A stretch of 64,000 bases of DNA from Stegostoma tigrinum (taxonomy: Eukaryota): contig NC_081369.1 of assembly GCF_030684315.1 (NCBI RefSeq), positions 32,479,152 to 32,543,151 of the forward strand, read 5' to 3'. The notes beneath the pieces are model-generated. The model was not told where the DNA came from, did not search any database, and saw only the letters and a program-made list of their open reading frames with translations. The position numbers and the translations under genes are program-made. Shown in pieces: positions 46,193-61,293 of this stretch (positions are counted from its first letter, which is position 1; every line of letters starts with the position of its first letter).

Positions 46193-46625
46193 CCATAAGA
46201 CCATAAGATATGAGCATGATTAGGCCATTCAGCCCATCAGGTCTGCTTTGTCATTCGATCATGGTTGATATGTTGCCCAACCCAGTTCTTCTGCCTTGTC
46301 TCCATAACCTTTGATCCCTTTACTAATCTGGAAACCTATCTACCTCTGTCTTAAAAGACTTTCAATGATTTGGCCTCCACAGCTTTTCCTGTCAGTGAGT
46401 TCCACAGATTAGCTCCCCCCCCCACCAAACGGCCGAAGAAATTCCTCCTCCTCTCATTTATAAAGAGTCATCCCTTCACTCTGAGGCTGTTCCCTCGTGT
46501 CCCGGTGTCTCCAACTCATGGAAACATCTCCACATCCATTCTATCCAGTCCTCTCAGTATTCTGTGAGTTTCAATGAGATACCTCCTCATCCTTCTAAAC
46601 TCTGTCAAACAGACCCAGAGTCCTC
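46193..46625 (-). mobile_element. CR1 3' fragment
   Basis: CCATAAGACCATAAGA tail and CR1 3'UTR homology (also 7000-7210). Confidence 0.7.
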
Positions 46626-49600
46626 AATCACCCATCCTTTTCAGTGGGCTTGTATATGAGTTACTCTTCCCTTCTCATTGCTCATCACCCATTAAACCTG
46701 AAGTCACACAAGCGCTTCTCCAGACTGGTGTGTTTATCAATTCAATTTCCACCTTTTCAGAGTGATAGGTTGTACTTTCAATTAAGCACATATTTTAACA
46801 TAAGCGTTTTGCAAAGTTCAGCATTCATAATAATATAGTTGTAAAAACTGAAAGCTGAAGGAGATTGATTCTTCTGATTTGTAATCAGGAATTGATGGCC
46901 AATAAAGTTACTGTCTGTTTGATCTCAGAAGCTGAGAATAATGCATGCAACACGTTTGCTTAGCAGGTCTGCATGGTTCATTTTCACAGCTCATCATCAG
47001 AGGTATGCTACAGGCTAACTAAGAGAAATATCATGGGCGATCTCCTCCATTACAGTGTTATTTGATGTGCTATTTTGAAATCATTGTTAATCCACCTGTT
47101 TTAAAAGTTCCCATTTACTTTGACTTATGGATAACAGGTTGGAATGATTAAAATGCATCTAACCAGAATTACCCAGTTGTGCTTGAAAATCCAGATTTTG
47201 TAGATCTAAGGCCAAGTGCTTGATATTACAATGTCCAGTTAGGTTAGGATGTACTTGGCCAATTCAGAAACCTCTTTCATTCCCATGAACATCACGGGAA
47301 TGAAAGAGGTCTCTGACCCGGCCAAATTCTTGCTGCAATCCTGATTTCAGAAGTATTGCCCCAAGCCTGGCACCCACCATTTTCACAGGACATTTCAGTG
47401 GTGTCATGTGGTTCACAAAAGCAGCTCCACAAGTAAAAACCTACAACCTGGTACAGTTTTTGGTAGAGTGACATGAAAAGTGTAATTTCTATGATTTGGT
47501 CATTCAGCAAAGGTCTAAAGGTATGGGAGCCATTTGGAGAGGTCCACTTTTGGCAGAGATCAGAGGTCTTTGGAAGAGATCAGTTGCCATTAAAATTTTG
47601 ATGTAGCTGTTCACATAAGGGCTGTCATTATAGGAATAATGTATTATCACAGAGGCAGGTAAGTTTGTAGGTTGATTGACAGTTCCAAGTATTTGCTATC
47701 TGTCTGTGAACAAAAATGTGCATTTTCATAAACGATTAAGGACTTGAAGGAAACAGTTGGTTTCATAAGGGATTAAATAATTGGAGGAGTGTAAACACAT
47801 CGAATAGGTATTGAATCAGTGACTGTTTGAGTTTAATAAAGTCTTCAATGGATGCTTATACTTTTAATTCATCATGATTCCTGAGGACTGCCCAGGATGG
47901 GTACTGGGTGAATTAGTATGGAGGGTATCAGGGCAAAGAGTGAAAGGTTATGTTCCCTGTAATTCTTCCTTTTGCTGCATAGATGTCTGAGGTCCAAGTG
48001 CAGCAACAGATTCTGGAACTAGATGTCAATGCATCCACAAGCTAATCAGCAAGCTCGGACCCTCTGAGCAGCTTAGAGGGAACATGGATGACGGGGGTGC
48101 AGTGGATGTCTCAGTTGGTATTAAGTTGCCTTAGGATATAGAAAGCCATGAGGTGGGTAGAGTGGCATAGGTTTGCGTGGAGGGTATGAGGGGCCATGGT
48201 GAGTTGGAAAAGAACATGGATGTGACATAGGGAATTTGTAGGGTTTAAGGGGGTGTATTGGGTGAGACTATCTTTAATTCCACCGTATTTAACACTGCTT
48301 GGGACAAAATCCCCAAGCACCAAGACAGGTCTTTTTAACCGCTGTAGCTGCTGCCCAATGCTCTCAGGATCAATGAGCCCAACTCTCTGTTAACACCTCC
48401 ATCCCAAAAAGAAAATGCAAAGATTTGGGAGACATTCTCCCGAGTCTAATTGGAGAGGCTGGAAATTCGTCTCATCTCTGTTCTCCCAGTTTGCGACCAA
48501 AAATTTGGCATTTAGTGTGACTAAAAATTGGTAGTGAACCTGCTGCTATCTCAGATTGAAGAAATAAAACTGGATTTAGTTAGTTTGAGTTGTTCTACAC
48601 TAAACTAATGCAAGCAACGTGAGTGAACAAGATATTATGGTAGCAAATGAAAGGGAACATGGCATCTGCTGAAAACCATTTCAAACTCGATTTTTGAGAG
48701 AAATAAATAGGAGTGCAATTACATCTCCTTTTTATTTTTACAAGTACAACATGACTATCAAAGCCATCAAAAAATTACAATCATAATATGACCACAGTAT
48801 AGCCAGCTTTCCATTTAGGTCCTCTCTCAGTCTTTCATTTTTCTTGACATTTTCACTTCTGTTTTGTCTTCCTTAACGGTATTTGGTCTATTTTCTACTT
48901 CTTCACAGTATGAGAAAACTAGAGATGGAACTGTCATTTTAGACCAGAACATCAAAATATTTTGAGGGAATGTGGCTTTTATCCCCACTCATTTTACCAT
49001 AATTGGGCTTTGATCATAAATTTAGCTTATAAAAATATGGTGTGGCCTTCAATGAGGTGCCACTTGGCCTACTGGAGCTTTTAACCATCTGTTGTTGAGA
49101 TTTCCTCAGGAAATGTTTTTCTTCTAAACTTGAATACTTAATTATTGTAATGTCACAATGACCACATGGTAAGTCAGTGATTTGTGCTTATATGTAGTTT
49201 GAGGCCTCACTTGCTGAATTTTAACTTTTGAAATGCTGAAAATCAGCAAATGAAATTGAATCTTAAACCCATGCAAATTGTTCGTGTCAAATTTGTTTTT
49301 CACTCAGGTATCTGTGATTTGCCTGTAGATATTAGTCAGTTAAAACTCAATGTTCTGACATTATATTTAGAATTAGAATATTTCATTTTTGTTATTATCT
49401 CAATCAAGATAAAGGAATCCTGCTCACAGCTTTGGACTTTGACTGATTTTGGGGAGGAGCCATTACGTGTACAGTGATTATGAAACTTGGGCAATGTAAA
49501 GGAGACTTTGGGAAGAACAATAGGAAATTTTAGCTGTTTTGGAAATACAACTGTGTTTTTTTTCAGCATTTAACCTTTAATGTGCCTTAGTTCTCTTTTT

Positions 49601-49839
49601 AAAGGTACAGTCAACTTTATTTCAAATCTCATGTCTGTAAAGCACATGAGATAATACTTTCACTGTGTCTCAATATACATGACGGTGATAAATCAAATCA
49701 AGTCACTGAACATGTGCTTTCATGATCCTGGCAGAATCCTAGATGAACTGTTCTTGGCAAATTAAATCAACATTTACTGTTCTCTGCAACTCTGTGGATT
49801 TAACCAACAAGCAAGAGGAAGAGAGGGTAGGGCTAGGTA

Positions 49840-50007
49840 ATAAAGTATAAATCCAGTTTTGTACTTCCTTCCTTCCGTCCGGAAGCACTTTAACAAAAAT
49901 ACACCAGTAACTCAAACATTATTCAAATTGATCATAATGCTGTTTGGAGTGGTATCAACAGCAATATCAGCAACTGTCAGGATTCTTTCAACAGAAAACA
50001 GGTGCGT
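49840..50007 (+). promoter_or_regulatory. Possible promoter and non-coding first exon of PLEKHF1
   Basis: TATAAAT near 49846, ETS-like CCGGAAG near 49879, and a CAG|GTGCGT donor at 50001/50002 in unique sequence; PLEKHF1 coding exon has an acceptor 5' of its ATG. Confidence 0.3.
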
Positions 50008-51780
50008 GCTTTTCAATATATTTTAGTTCAAGCTGTGTTAACTGAATAGTGCTAAAATTAGACAGTCACTCAATATTTCAGTTTGGTTACTGGCTAAGCC
50101 CTACATAGTTTAAAGGCTTGACTGAGCCAGCATTAATAGAATTTTGACTGATGCATTAAAATTATCTGAAAGAGAAATAGCCCTGGCGCATTAAAAATAA
50201 CAATGCCCTTTGAACAAACACTGCAGTGTGGAACTAAAGATCAGCCTGGATGCCCTAAGTCTTTTTCACATCAAATAAAAGAACAGTAGAAAAGAAGATT
50301 GATTGCCGTGTCTTGTAAGTATCTACAAAGAAGTGTCTTGGTTAAATGTTTTCATGCGGTGTAGGAAAATACTTTGAATGCAGAACTAGAGATTATTTTG
50401 TTTAAAACATAATAGCAGAGCTATTCTTCCAATAGCTGAATTGATTTTCATTTAAAAGGACTAGCTATAAGGGGACAAAGTAATGGAGTATTGTTCAAAT
50501 ATGGGCTCTGCACTTTCGTAAAGATATTACAGCCTTAAAGAGGCTGTAGAAAACGTTTATGAGAATGTGCCCAGAGATGAGAAACTTAAACTACACCAAT
50601 AGATTGTTGGAACTAGGATTCCATAGAAAGGATAAGTTTTTGAGAGGGGATTTGGTGGAGGTGGATCTGCAGAGAGATTGAAAGAAACTTCCCTAAGGCA
50701 GACGTCAAGAATTGGGAACACCGATTAAAGGTGGTTCGGAAAGGAACCAACACTATCACGAGAAAAGGCCATTTTACACAGGGAATAACTGGAATTTAAA
50801 ATACATTGTCTGACATTGTGGTAGAGTTGGATCTCATCCTAACTTCCAAGGAGGAATTGAGTAATCACCTAAAGAGAAAATATTTGCAGGTGACGGAATA
50901 TGTTTATGGAGTGCAATTCAGTGATCTTCTCCTTCCAAGAGCTAGCAGAGTGAGGAGGAGCCAGATGGCCATGATTTTATGATGTTGTTAAAGTGAATCT
51001 ATTGCGGTATTTGCTCATAGCCATTTTCCTGCACTCTTAAGCTCAAATATTATTCTGCTGTAACTGCTGATAATGGTGCGGTGAGGGTGACAATGCAGTG
51101 ACCTGGGAAATGATCACACCTTCATTCTACCTCCTGATTCATGTTCACCATCAGAAGAAAGAATGATGACTCTCAGAATAGTAGCGTGAATTAAAGCCAG
51201 GTCAGTTACAGGAATAGAGGGGTTGAAAGTCAGATTAAGATTGAGAAAAGAAACAAACATACTGTAAGAAAAAATAAAGCAAACATTTCAATTTGCCAAA
51301 AACACACAGAAGAATTTATTACATGGAGGAATCAGATGCAAGAGGGCTGAAAAAGGTGTTTGACAATACGTTAACAATTACTCTATTGTTTGGAGGATAA
51401 TTATGCTGTTAGGTTTCTGTGGTGAGTTTAGTGGGGAATTAATTATAAAATCCAGCAAATTCTTTAAATATCCTCACCACATATTTCTCAACCTCTGGAC
51501 TTGCTGACCAACTTTCACATTAATAACAGTGTGCATTGTGAATTTGGTGTTATTCTTCCAACACTGAGTCGGAGTTATAGCAGAGGAGTGGGAGACGCCC
51601 TAAGGAAATGTACACTTTATGGGTTTTAAAATGAGTACAAATAGTAGTTACAGAAATAAATCAGAAAATTGTGGGCTAATTGCAAGGTTAGAAATGCTTT
51701 AATTTTAATTATCAAAGAAATTTCAGAATCATTTGCATTTCCATGCACACCTTCCTTAAAACTACCTTCTGTTTGTTTAT

Positions 51781-52885
51781 AAGATAACAAGGTATCGAGC
51801 TGGATGAACACAGCAGGCCAAGCAGCATCAGAGGAGCAGGAAAGCTTTTAAGATGTTTTGGGTCTAGACCCTTCTTCAGAAATGAGGGAAGAGAAGGGGG
51901 TTCTGAAATAAATAGGGAGAGGGGGGAGGCAGATAGAAGATGGATGGAGAAGATAGGTGGAGAGGAGACAGACAGGTCAAAGAGGCGGAGATGGAGCTGG
52001 TAAAGGTGTGTGTGGGTGGGGAGGTAGGGAGGAGATAGGTCAGGCCAGGGTAGACAGGTCAAGGGGGTGGGATGACGCTTGTAGGTAGGAGATGGGGGTG
52101 GTGCTTGAGGTGGGAGTAGGGGATAGGTGTGAGGAATGACAGGTTAGGGAGACAAGGACAAGCTGGGCTGGTTTTGGGATGCAGTGGGGGAGAGGAGATT
52201 TTGAAACTTGTAAAGTCCACATTGATACCATTGGGCTGCAGGGTTCCCAAGCGGAATATGAGTTGCTGTTCCTGCAACCTTCAGGTGGCATCGTTGTGGC
52301 ACTGCAGGAGGCCCATGATGGACATGTCATCTAAGAAATGGGAGGAGGAATTGAAATGGGAGGTGCAGTTGTTTATTGCGAACTGAGCGTAGGTGTTCCG
52401 AAAAGTGGTCCCCAAGCCTCGCTTGGTTTCTCCGATGTAGAGGAAGCCACACCATGTACAGCGGATACAGAATACCACGTTAGCAGATGTACAGGTGAAC
52501 CTCTGCTTGATGTGGAAAGTCTTCTTGGGGCCTGGGATGGGGCTGAGGGAGGTGGTGTGGGGGCAGATGTAGTACTTCCTGCGGTTGCAGGGGAAAGTGC
52601 TGGGTGTGGTGGGGCTGGAGGTGAGAGTGGAGTGGACAAGGGAGTCACGGAGAGAGTGGTCTCTCCGGAAGGCAGATAAGGGTGGGTAGGGAAAAATGCC
52701 TTTGGTGATGGGGTCAGATTGCGGATGGCGGATGCATCGGAGGATGACGTGTTGGATCTGGAGGTTGGTGGGGTGGTATGCGGGGACGAGGGACATACTG
52801 TTTTTTGTTGTTATTGCGGGGAGGGTGTGTGAGGGATGATTTGCGGGAAATGCGCGAGGCACTGTCAAGGGCGTTCTCGACCATT
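51781..52885 (-). mobile_element. Penelope 3' fragment (GIY-YIG)
   Basis: ORF 52281..52868(-) NVVFCIRCTWCGFLYIGETKRGLG. Confidence 0.9.
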
Positions 52886-54724
52886 TTTTGTTTTAAGATG
52901 TTTCGGGCCTAGGCCCTTCAGAAATGGGGGAGAGGAAGGGGGTTCTGTAATAAATAGGGAGAGAGGTTTTCTGAAATAAATAGGGAGAGACTTGTTCGCA
53001 TGTGCCTGGCACCATTTTTGTTATTTATTTTTCTTCCACTCCATCACAGACCTTCACTTTTGTTTTTTCTTCTATCAGGACTACAGCAGGTTTGTCCTCA
53101 GAGTGGTCTGTGAACTGTGAATTTGAATAGATCATTTATAGATGCCTTTTTGCTTACAAATCTTTCAATTTTAAAATTGACTAGCAGCACAGCTTCAACC
53201 AAGTTAAACAGTTAGTTACGTAAAAAAGCGGTAGTTATTTCCTAAAATGCAGAAACATAGATATAAAGAGTTACATAAGAAGACAAATATAAGATCTGTC
53301 ACTAGTATCATTTCAGGCTCAATTTGTTTGAAGTGAAGGGGTTGAAAACCTGAAGTCAGATTCAAAAGCTTCTGTGGTTAAGTAGTTGGAATTTTCTTGT
53401 TTTGCTTTTAAAGGGAGTCTCAGTTAATGCAGTAGCTTCAGGCTCCTTGAGTGAGGAAAATCCTGTTTTCATTGGTTTTACTGGCATGATACTTGAAAAC
53501 TACTTGGAGTTCCTTTCAGCAGTGTAAAGAGATTTTCTGGGTGCATTCTCCATGTAGTTCCTGCAGAAAAAGAGAAAACCCAACTCTCAAATACTGTTGA
53601 GTTAGAACTGGTGATTGCAGATATAATGACTCCTTCAGAAAGCTTTTGATCACAGTCCAGCAAAATGGATACAGACATTAAACTTCATTAATCAGTGTTC
53701 CACTGAGCAAAGTCAATAATGCTGGAACTCCCTTACCTTGAACTTCCTTGTGCTGTCTTTCCCATCTTCTGTACAATACAATGCAAGTTTCTGATTCTTC
53801 ATACCTCTTGAAGTTTCAATAGACATCTTGAAATTCCTTGAATTGTCCATGACCCTTTGACACTTGGCGATTGACACTTAGTCTATCTTATCTTGGCTGC
53901 TCTAAACCAACAAAAAAAATCATGTCATCTTTGGAACTCATTTTGTAAGCACCTTTGCTCATTTCAAAGACATTCTTTTCAAATGTATAATTATACAGTC
54001 ATGTTGCCTATCTTCCCTGCTTTCCCCAGCTTTGTATTTGCCTTAAACCTATCATACCTTTAACTTTTTTTCAATTCGAATGAAAGATCGTAGTTAACTC
54101 CATTTCTTTCTCTCCAGCTGGTGCCTGATCAGTATTGATATTTTTGTTTTAATTAAAATCAGCCACTGTCTTATCTACCAATGTCCTCATCAATTAAGCC
54201 ATACTCCATTACAGCATGTTTGCCACAGCTGGTTCTGCTATTTGCCGAAACACAGTGAAGTCCTGTTTTCACAATGTAGACGAGGGCCTGACTCATTTTA
54301 ACAGTTGGCCATGAAGAGAAATATTGTGATTTTCCTGCTAGACAAACACAGTGGGAAGAGGATCAGGGTCAAGTCACAAGCTTAGTTTTACTTTACTTGA
54401 GCTTTCTTCCTTTTTTATTTGTTGGATCAGATGAATTGGATTACCTCTCCAGGCCCCACAAAGAAACATTTGATACCTGCATAACAAACAATCTCCTTCA
54501 CTCCTTTAAGATCATCCTTAAACTATTTGTTACCAGATATGGTTTCTTCTAACCCTGATTTCTCAATTTCCTGTTCACCTACTCAATGCTCCACGCCTCC
54601 AACAACTCTATCTCACCACCAGCTTCACTGTCTCGAGACTGCCAGGTAGGAACTTGAATTAGTTATGATTTCCCCTACTTAAGTGTTGAAATGACAAATG
54701 TAATTGTCTCTGGTCCCCATCCTA

Positions 54725-55012
54725 ATTGTAATACAGTGTGGGGCTGGAGGAACACAGCAGGCCACACAGCATCACAGCAGCAGGAAAGTTGGCATTTTGG
54801 GTCGGGACACTTCTTCAGAAAATTTGCTTTCATTCTCACAAGATGGTCCCTGATCTACTTACCATTCTCAGATTTCCTTCAAAAAATATTTCTGAAGAAG
54901 GATCCCGATCTGAAATGGCAGCTTTACTGCTTTTCTGATGCTGCCTACCCTGCTGTGTTCCCCCAGCTCCACATTGTGTGATCTCAGACTCCAGCATCGG
55001 CAGTTCTTACTA
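54725..55012. mobile_element. Degenerate inverted Penelope 3'-end pair
   Basis: GCTGGAGGAACACAGCAGGCC... and its reverse complement. Confidence 0.65.
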
Positions 55013-55139
55013 TCCCATCCTAATTGTGTTGCCTTTCTATCAATTAAAATAAGCGTCTCCGTCTTTTTTTCAAATTGCTCCATGGTCTCGCCCTCTCCAA
55101 CATCTTAAATCTTCTTTAGTTCTAGAATCCTCTGTCAAG

Positions 55140-55900
55140 AGTCATAGAAACAGACCCTTCGGCCCAACCAGTCCATGCTGAATAATGTACGAATTAAAGC
55201 AGTCCCACTTGCCTGCTCCTGGCTCATTTCCCTCCGAACCTTTCCTATTCATGTACTTATCCAAATGTCTTTTAAATGTTGTAATAGTTATTGTACCTAC
55301 ATCCACCACTTCAGGAAGTTCATTCCACACACGAACCACTGTGTATAAAATTTGCCACCATGTCTTTTTTTAAATTTTTCTTCTCTCACCTTACAAATGT
55401 GCTGGTTATCTTGAAATCCCCCATCCTTGGGAAAGGGCACCTACCATTAACCCTTTATATACTCCTCATGATTTTCTAAACCTTATTTAAAGGCACTTCT
55501 CAAACTTCTATGCTTCAGTGAAAAAAAGTCCCAGCCTATTCAGCCTTTCCTTATAACTCAAACCTTCCATACCCAGCAACATCCTGGTAAATCTCTTCAG
55601 AGCCGTCTCTAGCCTAATAATGTTCTTCCTATAACAGTGCAACCAGAACTGGACACGGTACTCCAGAAGAGGCCTCACCAATGTCCTGTATAATCTCAAC
55701 ATGACTTACCAACTCCTATATTTAAAGGACTAAGCTATGAGGGCAAGCATGCTAAATGTCTTTTTGGCCACCATGTCTATATGTCCTGCAATCTTCAAAG
55801 AATTATGTTTCTGAACCCCTAGGTCCCTCTGTTCTATACTATTACCCAAGACTCTACCATTAATTGTATAAGTCTTGCCCCTGTTTGTCCTGCCAAAATG
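55140..55900 (-). mobile_element. CR1 3' fragment
   Basis: MLRLYRTLVRPLLEYRVQFW; VRVWNELPE. Confidence 0.85.
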
Positions 55901-58489
55901 TATTTTTGTGTTTTTACATCTTTCTTCTCCAACTAGCTTTAACCAAACACATCTTCAACTATTGTGGCACAAGGATCCAGAATTCCATTCCTAAATACCT
56001 GTGCCACATCAATGCTCTCTCATCCTTTAAAACCATCCTTCACTTTACCTCCCTTTGAGTGCAAATTCCTAGTGAGCCCAAGATTAATGATTCTTTATCT
56101 TTTAGTTCCTCCTACTCACAGACACAGTCTTAATTACATACCCCAGTTAAATTAGGTGTGATATTCAAAAATTAGTGCAAGATCCTTGTTTTTTTATTTT
56201 ACTTTGGATTGCTTTGTAAGATGTTGGAGCAGCATATAATTACAAGATTCGTATGCATTTCTTAATTTGCATACTTGTGGCTACACATCCATCTGGGTCA
56301 GTTGGTAAAATTTTGAATCATTAATAGTTGATTATGCCCAGACTTTAATTGGACTCTATTAACTCAATCTCTATAGTAAAGATTAATTTAGCATCCAGAG
56401 CATGTGAATTGTGCAGTAGGTAAATGTGCAAATATTGTACGCTGTGCTGAATAGACCAAGAAAATTTCAGATTTCATTCCTAATCCATTCTAAATTGGCC
56501 AATCTCATGCAACAGTATGAGGAGTTAAACCTGCCTCTGTTTTTCCCCAGTAAGGAGGGAATGCATTCTTGTTATAGTTACTATCAGTGAGTAGCCACCC
56601 AAGATTTCATCAACATTTCGAACAAAATATCAAGGCTGTCAAGAAATTTCCAACTGCAATAAAGTAAACACATGATACTATTAAACTAAGTGAACATACT
56701 TAAATTTTTAAAAAATTAGATCTGCTCTGTTGAGTTAACCTGATCAGAATCATTTTGCTACATGTTAATAAATACTCCAATGTAATATATACAAGGTGAA
56801 ATATCACATTACTTCAGGAAATCAAAATCGATGTTCAAACTGAAAGTTAGATTCTCAATTAAGGCGCGTCAAGTTTGTATAACTGGTTTGACTTAAAGTA
56901 TGCATACCATAACTGGAGTAACCAGCTTAGCAAAGTTATTATCATGTACTATCAGGCTCCTGTGGCACACACAAAATAATAATGTTAGACCTGCTGATTA
57001 TTTCTCAAAAAACTGAATTACAGTAACTAGAAGCCTTTACGACTCTACTCCCAAAACGATAAGTGTGGGAGATACTTATTAGAACAACCAAATAGTCGAT
57101 TGTAATAGCTGACAGCGGGGACCATAGGTAAGAGTTAAAACCTTCTTTTCTACAAAAAGAGGAAACACATGTTTTAACAATTTGTGAATTTTAAAAGTTT
57201 GATTGTGCACCCACAAAGCCCCTTCCAACATCTCACTAAGTTAAAGTTAATTTATTAATACAATTTTTCTGTTGTTGTTCAATTGTTGTCCACGTAAAGT
57301 TAATTCATAGAAAATACAAAGCAAGTTCTTTTCTCTATCATATATTTTACAATATCTACACTTACAGAAGTATTTCTTTTAGTATGAAAAATACAAATTG
57401 CTTTAATTAAGACTTGGCACACTTAAATATTTACGCATGAGAATATGTAAATACCAACGTTTTCCAACCTGTTTTGTGGATATCAAGTGAATAAAGTGTG
57501 CAGTGTTATGTATTTCACACGTTTCAATGGTTAGCCTTTCAGTGAAATCAATACAGTGCAGCATCAAAGGCGTACGAAAACTCAGACAGCAACTTACTAA
57601 ATGCAATATTTAATTGTGAATGGTCACTAGATGTTGTTCTCTAATTATTTTTTCGTCAAATGCGGGTGCCACTATCTAGGCCAGCATTTATTACCTCTCC
57701 CTAATTCTCCTTGAGTTGGGGGTGATAAACCACCTTCCTGAATAGTTCACTCCTTCTGCTGTTGGAATATTCAGTTCTGTTTAGAAAGGAAGTTTAAGGA
57801 TTTGACATAATGATGATGAACGAAAGCTGTATTGTTCGAAGTGAAGGTGTTATGTGATTGGGGGGAGCTTTCAGGTGGTAGTGTTCCAAGCTTCGGCTGC
57901 CCTTATCCTTGTAGAGATCACAGGCTTGGGAGGTGTTGTTGACTAAACACTGGTGAGTTGCTGTTCTGCAGAAATAGTATATTGCTGTTTTTGGGCACTG
58001 CTAGTAGAATAGGTGCATGTTTAGGTTGATAGTAGGGGATCAATTTGTTCTTTAATAATGGTGAACATTGATCGTGTGCTTGATTTTTTCAATTAGAGAT
58101 TACAGTTATGCATTTACAACAAGCGTTACTTGTGTCATGACAATGGATCACAACCCTGATTTACTATGAACATATTTAAATCCTAGTTCCAAAATGTGTC
58201 TTTTGAAAGAGGTTGACTGTGGATAAAAGAGAAACTGTGGATGGAAATTTAATACTATCTGTCAGGAACTCATGGAATGTCACACCTGTAGAATGTCAAG
58301 GACACCTCAAGCACAGAGAGATTAACTAATAAGGAAGGGATAATAAGATTGCTTACTGTCTTTCCTCTCTGAATGGAAAGTCACCTTTTATACATATTGT
58401 GATGTTTAGCCCTCCCAGGAATATACAAAAAGAGTTAAAAACTGATGGGCGTGAGTGTATTAATGGACAAAAGTGTTGCTGAACTCAGC

Positions 58490-58832
58490 TAGAGATCGTA
58501 AGAACTGCCGATGCTGGAATCTGAGATAATGCAGTGAGGAGTGGGAGGAACACAGCTGGCCAGGCAACATCAGAGGAGCACAAAAGCTGACATTTCGGGT
58601 CGGGACCCTTCTTCAGAAAAAGAAGCGTCCCGACCTGAAACACCAACTTTCCTGGTCCTCTGATGCTGCCTGGACTGCTGTCTTCCTCTATCTCCATATT
58701 GTGTTATATCAGTGAACTCAGGATTTAGTCTGTTGTATGGTCTGATGAAGGGTCTAGGCCCGAAACGTCAGCTTTTGTGCTCCTGAGATGCTGCTTGGCC
58801 TGCTGTGTTCATCCAGCCTCACATTTTATTAT
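58490..58832. mobile_element. Penelope 3'-end fragments, including a ~100-bp insertion with 15-bp TSD
   Basis: CTCAGGATTTAGTCT at 58717-58731 and 58833-58847 flanks a hammerhead-containing terminus. Confidence 0.8.
58742..58772 (+). ncRNA. Minimal hammerhead ribozyme motif (family-1 Penelope terminus)
   Basis: CTGATGA-AGGGTC-TA-GGCCC-GAAA-CG-TC-AG; identical copies at 63751(+), 9186-9216(-), 32511-32540(-), 63908-63936(-). Confidence 0.65.
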
Positions 58833-61293
58833 CTCAGGATTTAGTCTACTAGGTTGGGTTCAAGTGCTAAGTCACAGGTGATGAAACCAAACCCCGCCCC
58901 TCACCACATTGCAAGTAAAAGGGTTCCCTTATTCTGTGTGCTAGAAGCCAACTAGTCTCCATGTCAATCAGAAAGTATCAGGACAAGGAAGATTCCCTCA
59001 CCTTGTATATTGACTGCCCACCATAATTGAGACAAGATAGGACAAAGAGATATTAAAATAATCTGCATAAGTTAAAAAATCCCAAGATCAGATGTTCAAC
59101 TAATGCCATTCCACTATCTATTGTTTATGAATGGTCCAAGGAGACTGACTTATATATTTTTTAGTTTTATTTTTGTGAACTCATACTCTATTCCTAATCT
59201 GTGTATATGTGTATTGTGTACTTTTTATGTTTAGTAACTTATGATCTCAGTCTTTTGTTAACTCAAGAAAGCCTTGTTAAACTTTCTCCTTTCAAAACAT
59301 ACATTTTTCCTGGAAAAAGTCATGCTACAAAGGATGGACCCTTCTTAAATTAACCTCATTCTAAATGGGAAGGTGTGTGAATAAAAAGGAGTCAGTTCAT
59401 CCCCAATTACCCAGGAACTTGGGATATCTGTCCAGAACTGTAATGGATTGTGAAACCTTGTCCAGGTTCTGGTCTCACTTGCTTGGATGCTTTGTCACTC
59501 TGTTGAATTAAGTATCTGGCTGCTGATCAAGCATTTACAGAAGAATTAATTAAAACTACCAGTTGGTGAAAGCTGTATTGCAAGGGGTCACTAATCTACA
59601 GTAAGAGAGAACAAAACAATACCATTTGCAAATAGATCACTGGCAGGCAAAATACCTTAAAAATGGGAGACTAGAGTGTGTGATGACTAATAAATTAACG
59701 CAATGAAGCAAACCCAAGGCCATTTTATTTTCTCTCCCTTGGATACTGATGATGTTGGTTGCAGTTGTGACCTATTGATGCCCCGGCAGGAGTGAACTAA
59801 TGTATCAAGGGCTGGATTTGATATTTCCTTAACATTTTTAAAAGCAATTGTTAGGTTCTCTTTTAAAAAGTAGCTCAGGACATAACAAGCGCTATTTTAT
59901 ACAGTTGATACTGCAATGAAAACAATTTCTGCTTTAAACATTGTTTTCATTGTGCAGGCAATCTTTACGTGGCAGCATGAATTGTTCATGGGCACTCCCA
60001 CAAAATATGCAAACACTAACAGATGTCAGATAAGCAAAAATGCATTCCATAGTTCAGTAACTCTGCAAGTAATTAATTTTCCATTATCAGTCAGGCACCG
60101 GCTGTGACTCAAGGCTGTGACTCTTACCTTTGAGTCAGACTTGAGTTCGTAAACTGGACTGGCACATTAGTACTGAGAGAGTGTTGAAGAGCCAAATTTG
60201 AGTGGAATGCCATCTTTTAAACTAATGATCACAATGTTAGAGAACAAGTCAAGATCTGGTATTAGGACATTTTCTGAGATACGGGAATAGTGTCAAGTGC
60301 TGGTAAGAGAGGAAACTTAGAAAGGATGCACAGATAGAGTCAGACACTGAATGATGGAAAGTCTGACAAAGATGGACTCAATAATTGAGATATTTAGAGG
60401 GAGTGCCGTAGGGATTGAATAAGTGTCAGTAATAACATATTTATCGAAGGAATAAGAATGTGCAGGAGTGTAAATGAAGATAACACTGCACGAATTTTAC
60501 AAGTTCAAAGAAAATATATTTTACACTGAAGTATCATTCAGACATTACTTAAATAATGCTACCAACTGAATTTTGCAAATAATTATTTGTATTTAATGTA
60601 CTGTATGAAGTGATTACTTTTGAATACCCAATGTTCTTGTCCTGATTACTAATGACTATATTTGAAACTCTCGTAACTTATGCAATTTCCCTAAGCCAAA
60701 GAGAACACTTCTAAGAAAAAAATAAAAAGTTAACTATTTTGTATACTGAATGATTCGATAAGTTCAACATCGCATTCAAAGCATTTACATTCTCAACACA
60801 TTTTGATCTAAACAATGTATTTTTCCAAAATGCAGCAATGATCTCTTGGTATTTGTAGAAAATGCTTTTGAAGAGACTTAGTACACTAGGACTAAAGTGT
60901 CAGGAAATGATTTAGCTCACATATCAAGACACCAACCCTAGCTAGCCCGCCAAAAAGTAAGCAGATGAAGTTGAAGTACTATTCTGGGTGAAAGGAAAGT
61001 TAAAGAACTAGTTGAGTCTTGATAGTTCAACAGAAATGAACTGTGGATTAAAACCAATAGGCTTGCATCGCCTACTGATGCTAGACAATTAATGCGTCAG
61101 ACCAGTTTTTTAAAATTTATAAATACTTGACAGAATGAATCCAATCAGAATGCTTGCTGGATAAATGTTCAGCCCTTTTATATCATAATACAATGTTATG
61201 CCGATAAAATTCGCAAAATTAATTCAGGACTAATCACCCTACTCCCTTTCTTAAACGATAGGAAGAACTTTGACAGAAGGATCGGTGAGCAGG

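Noticed and set aside
61270-61293. TTG-initiated N-terminal extension; PLEKHF2 identity
   Set aside because: The conserved start is ATG 61294 (MVDHL); diagnostic residues favour PLEKHF1.
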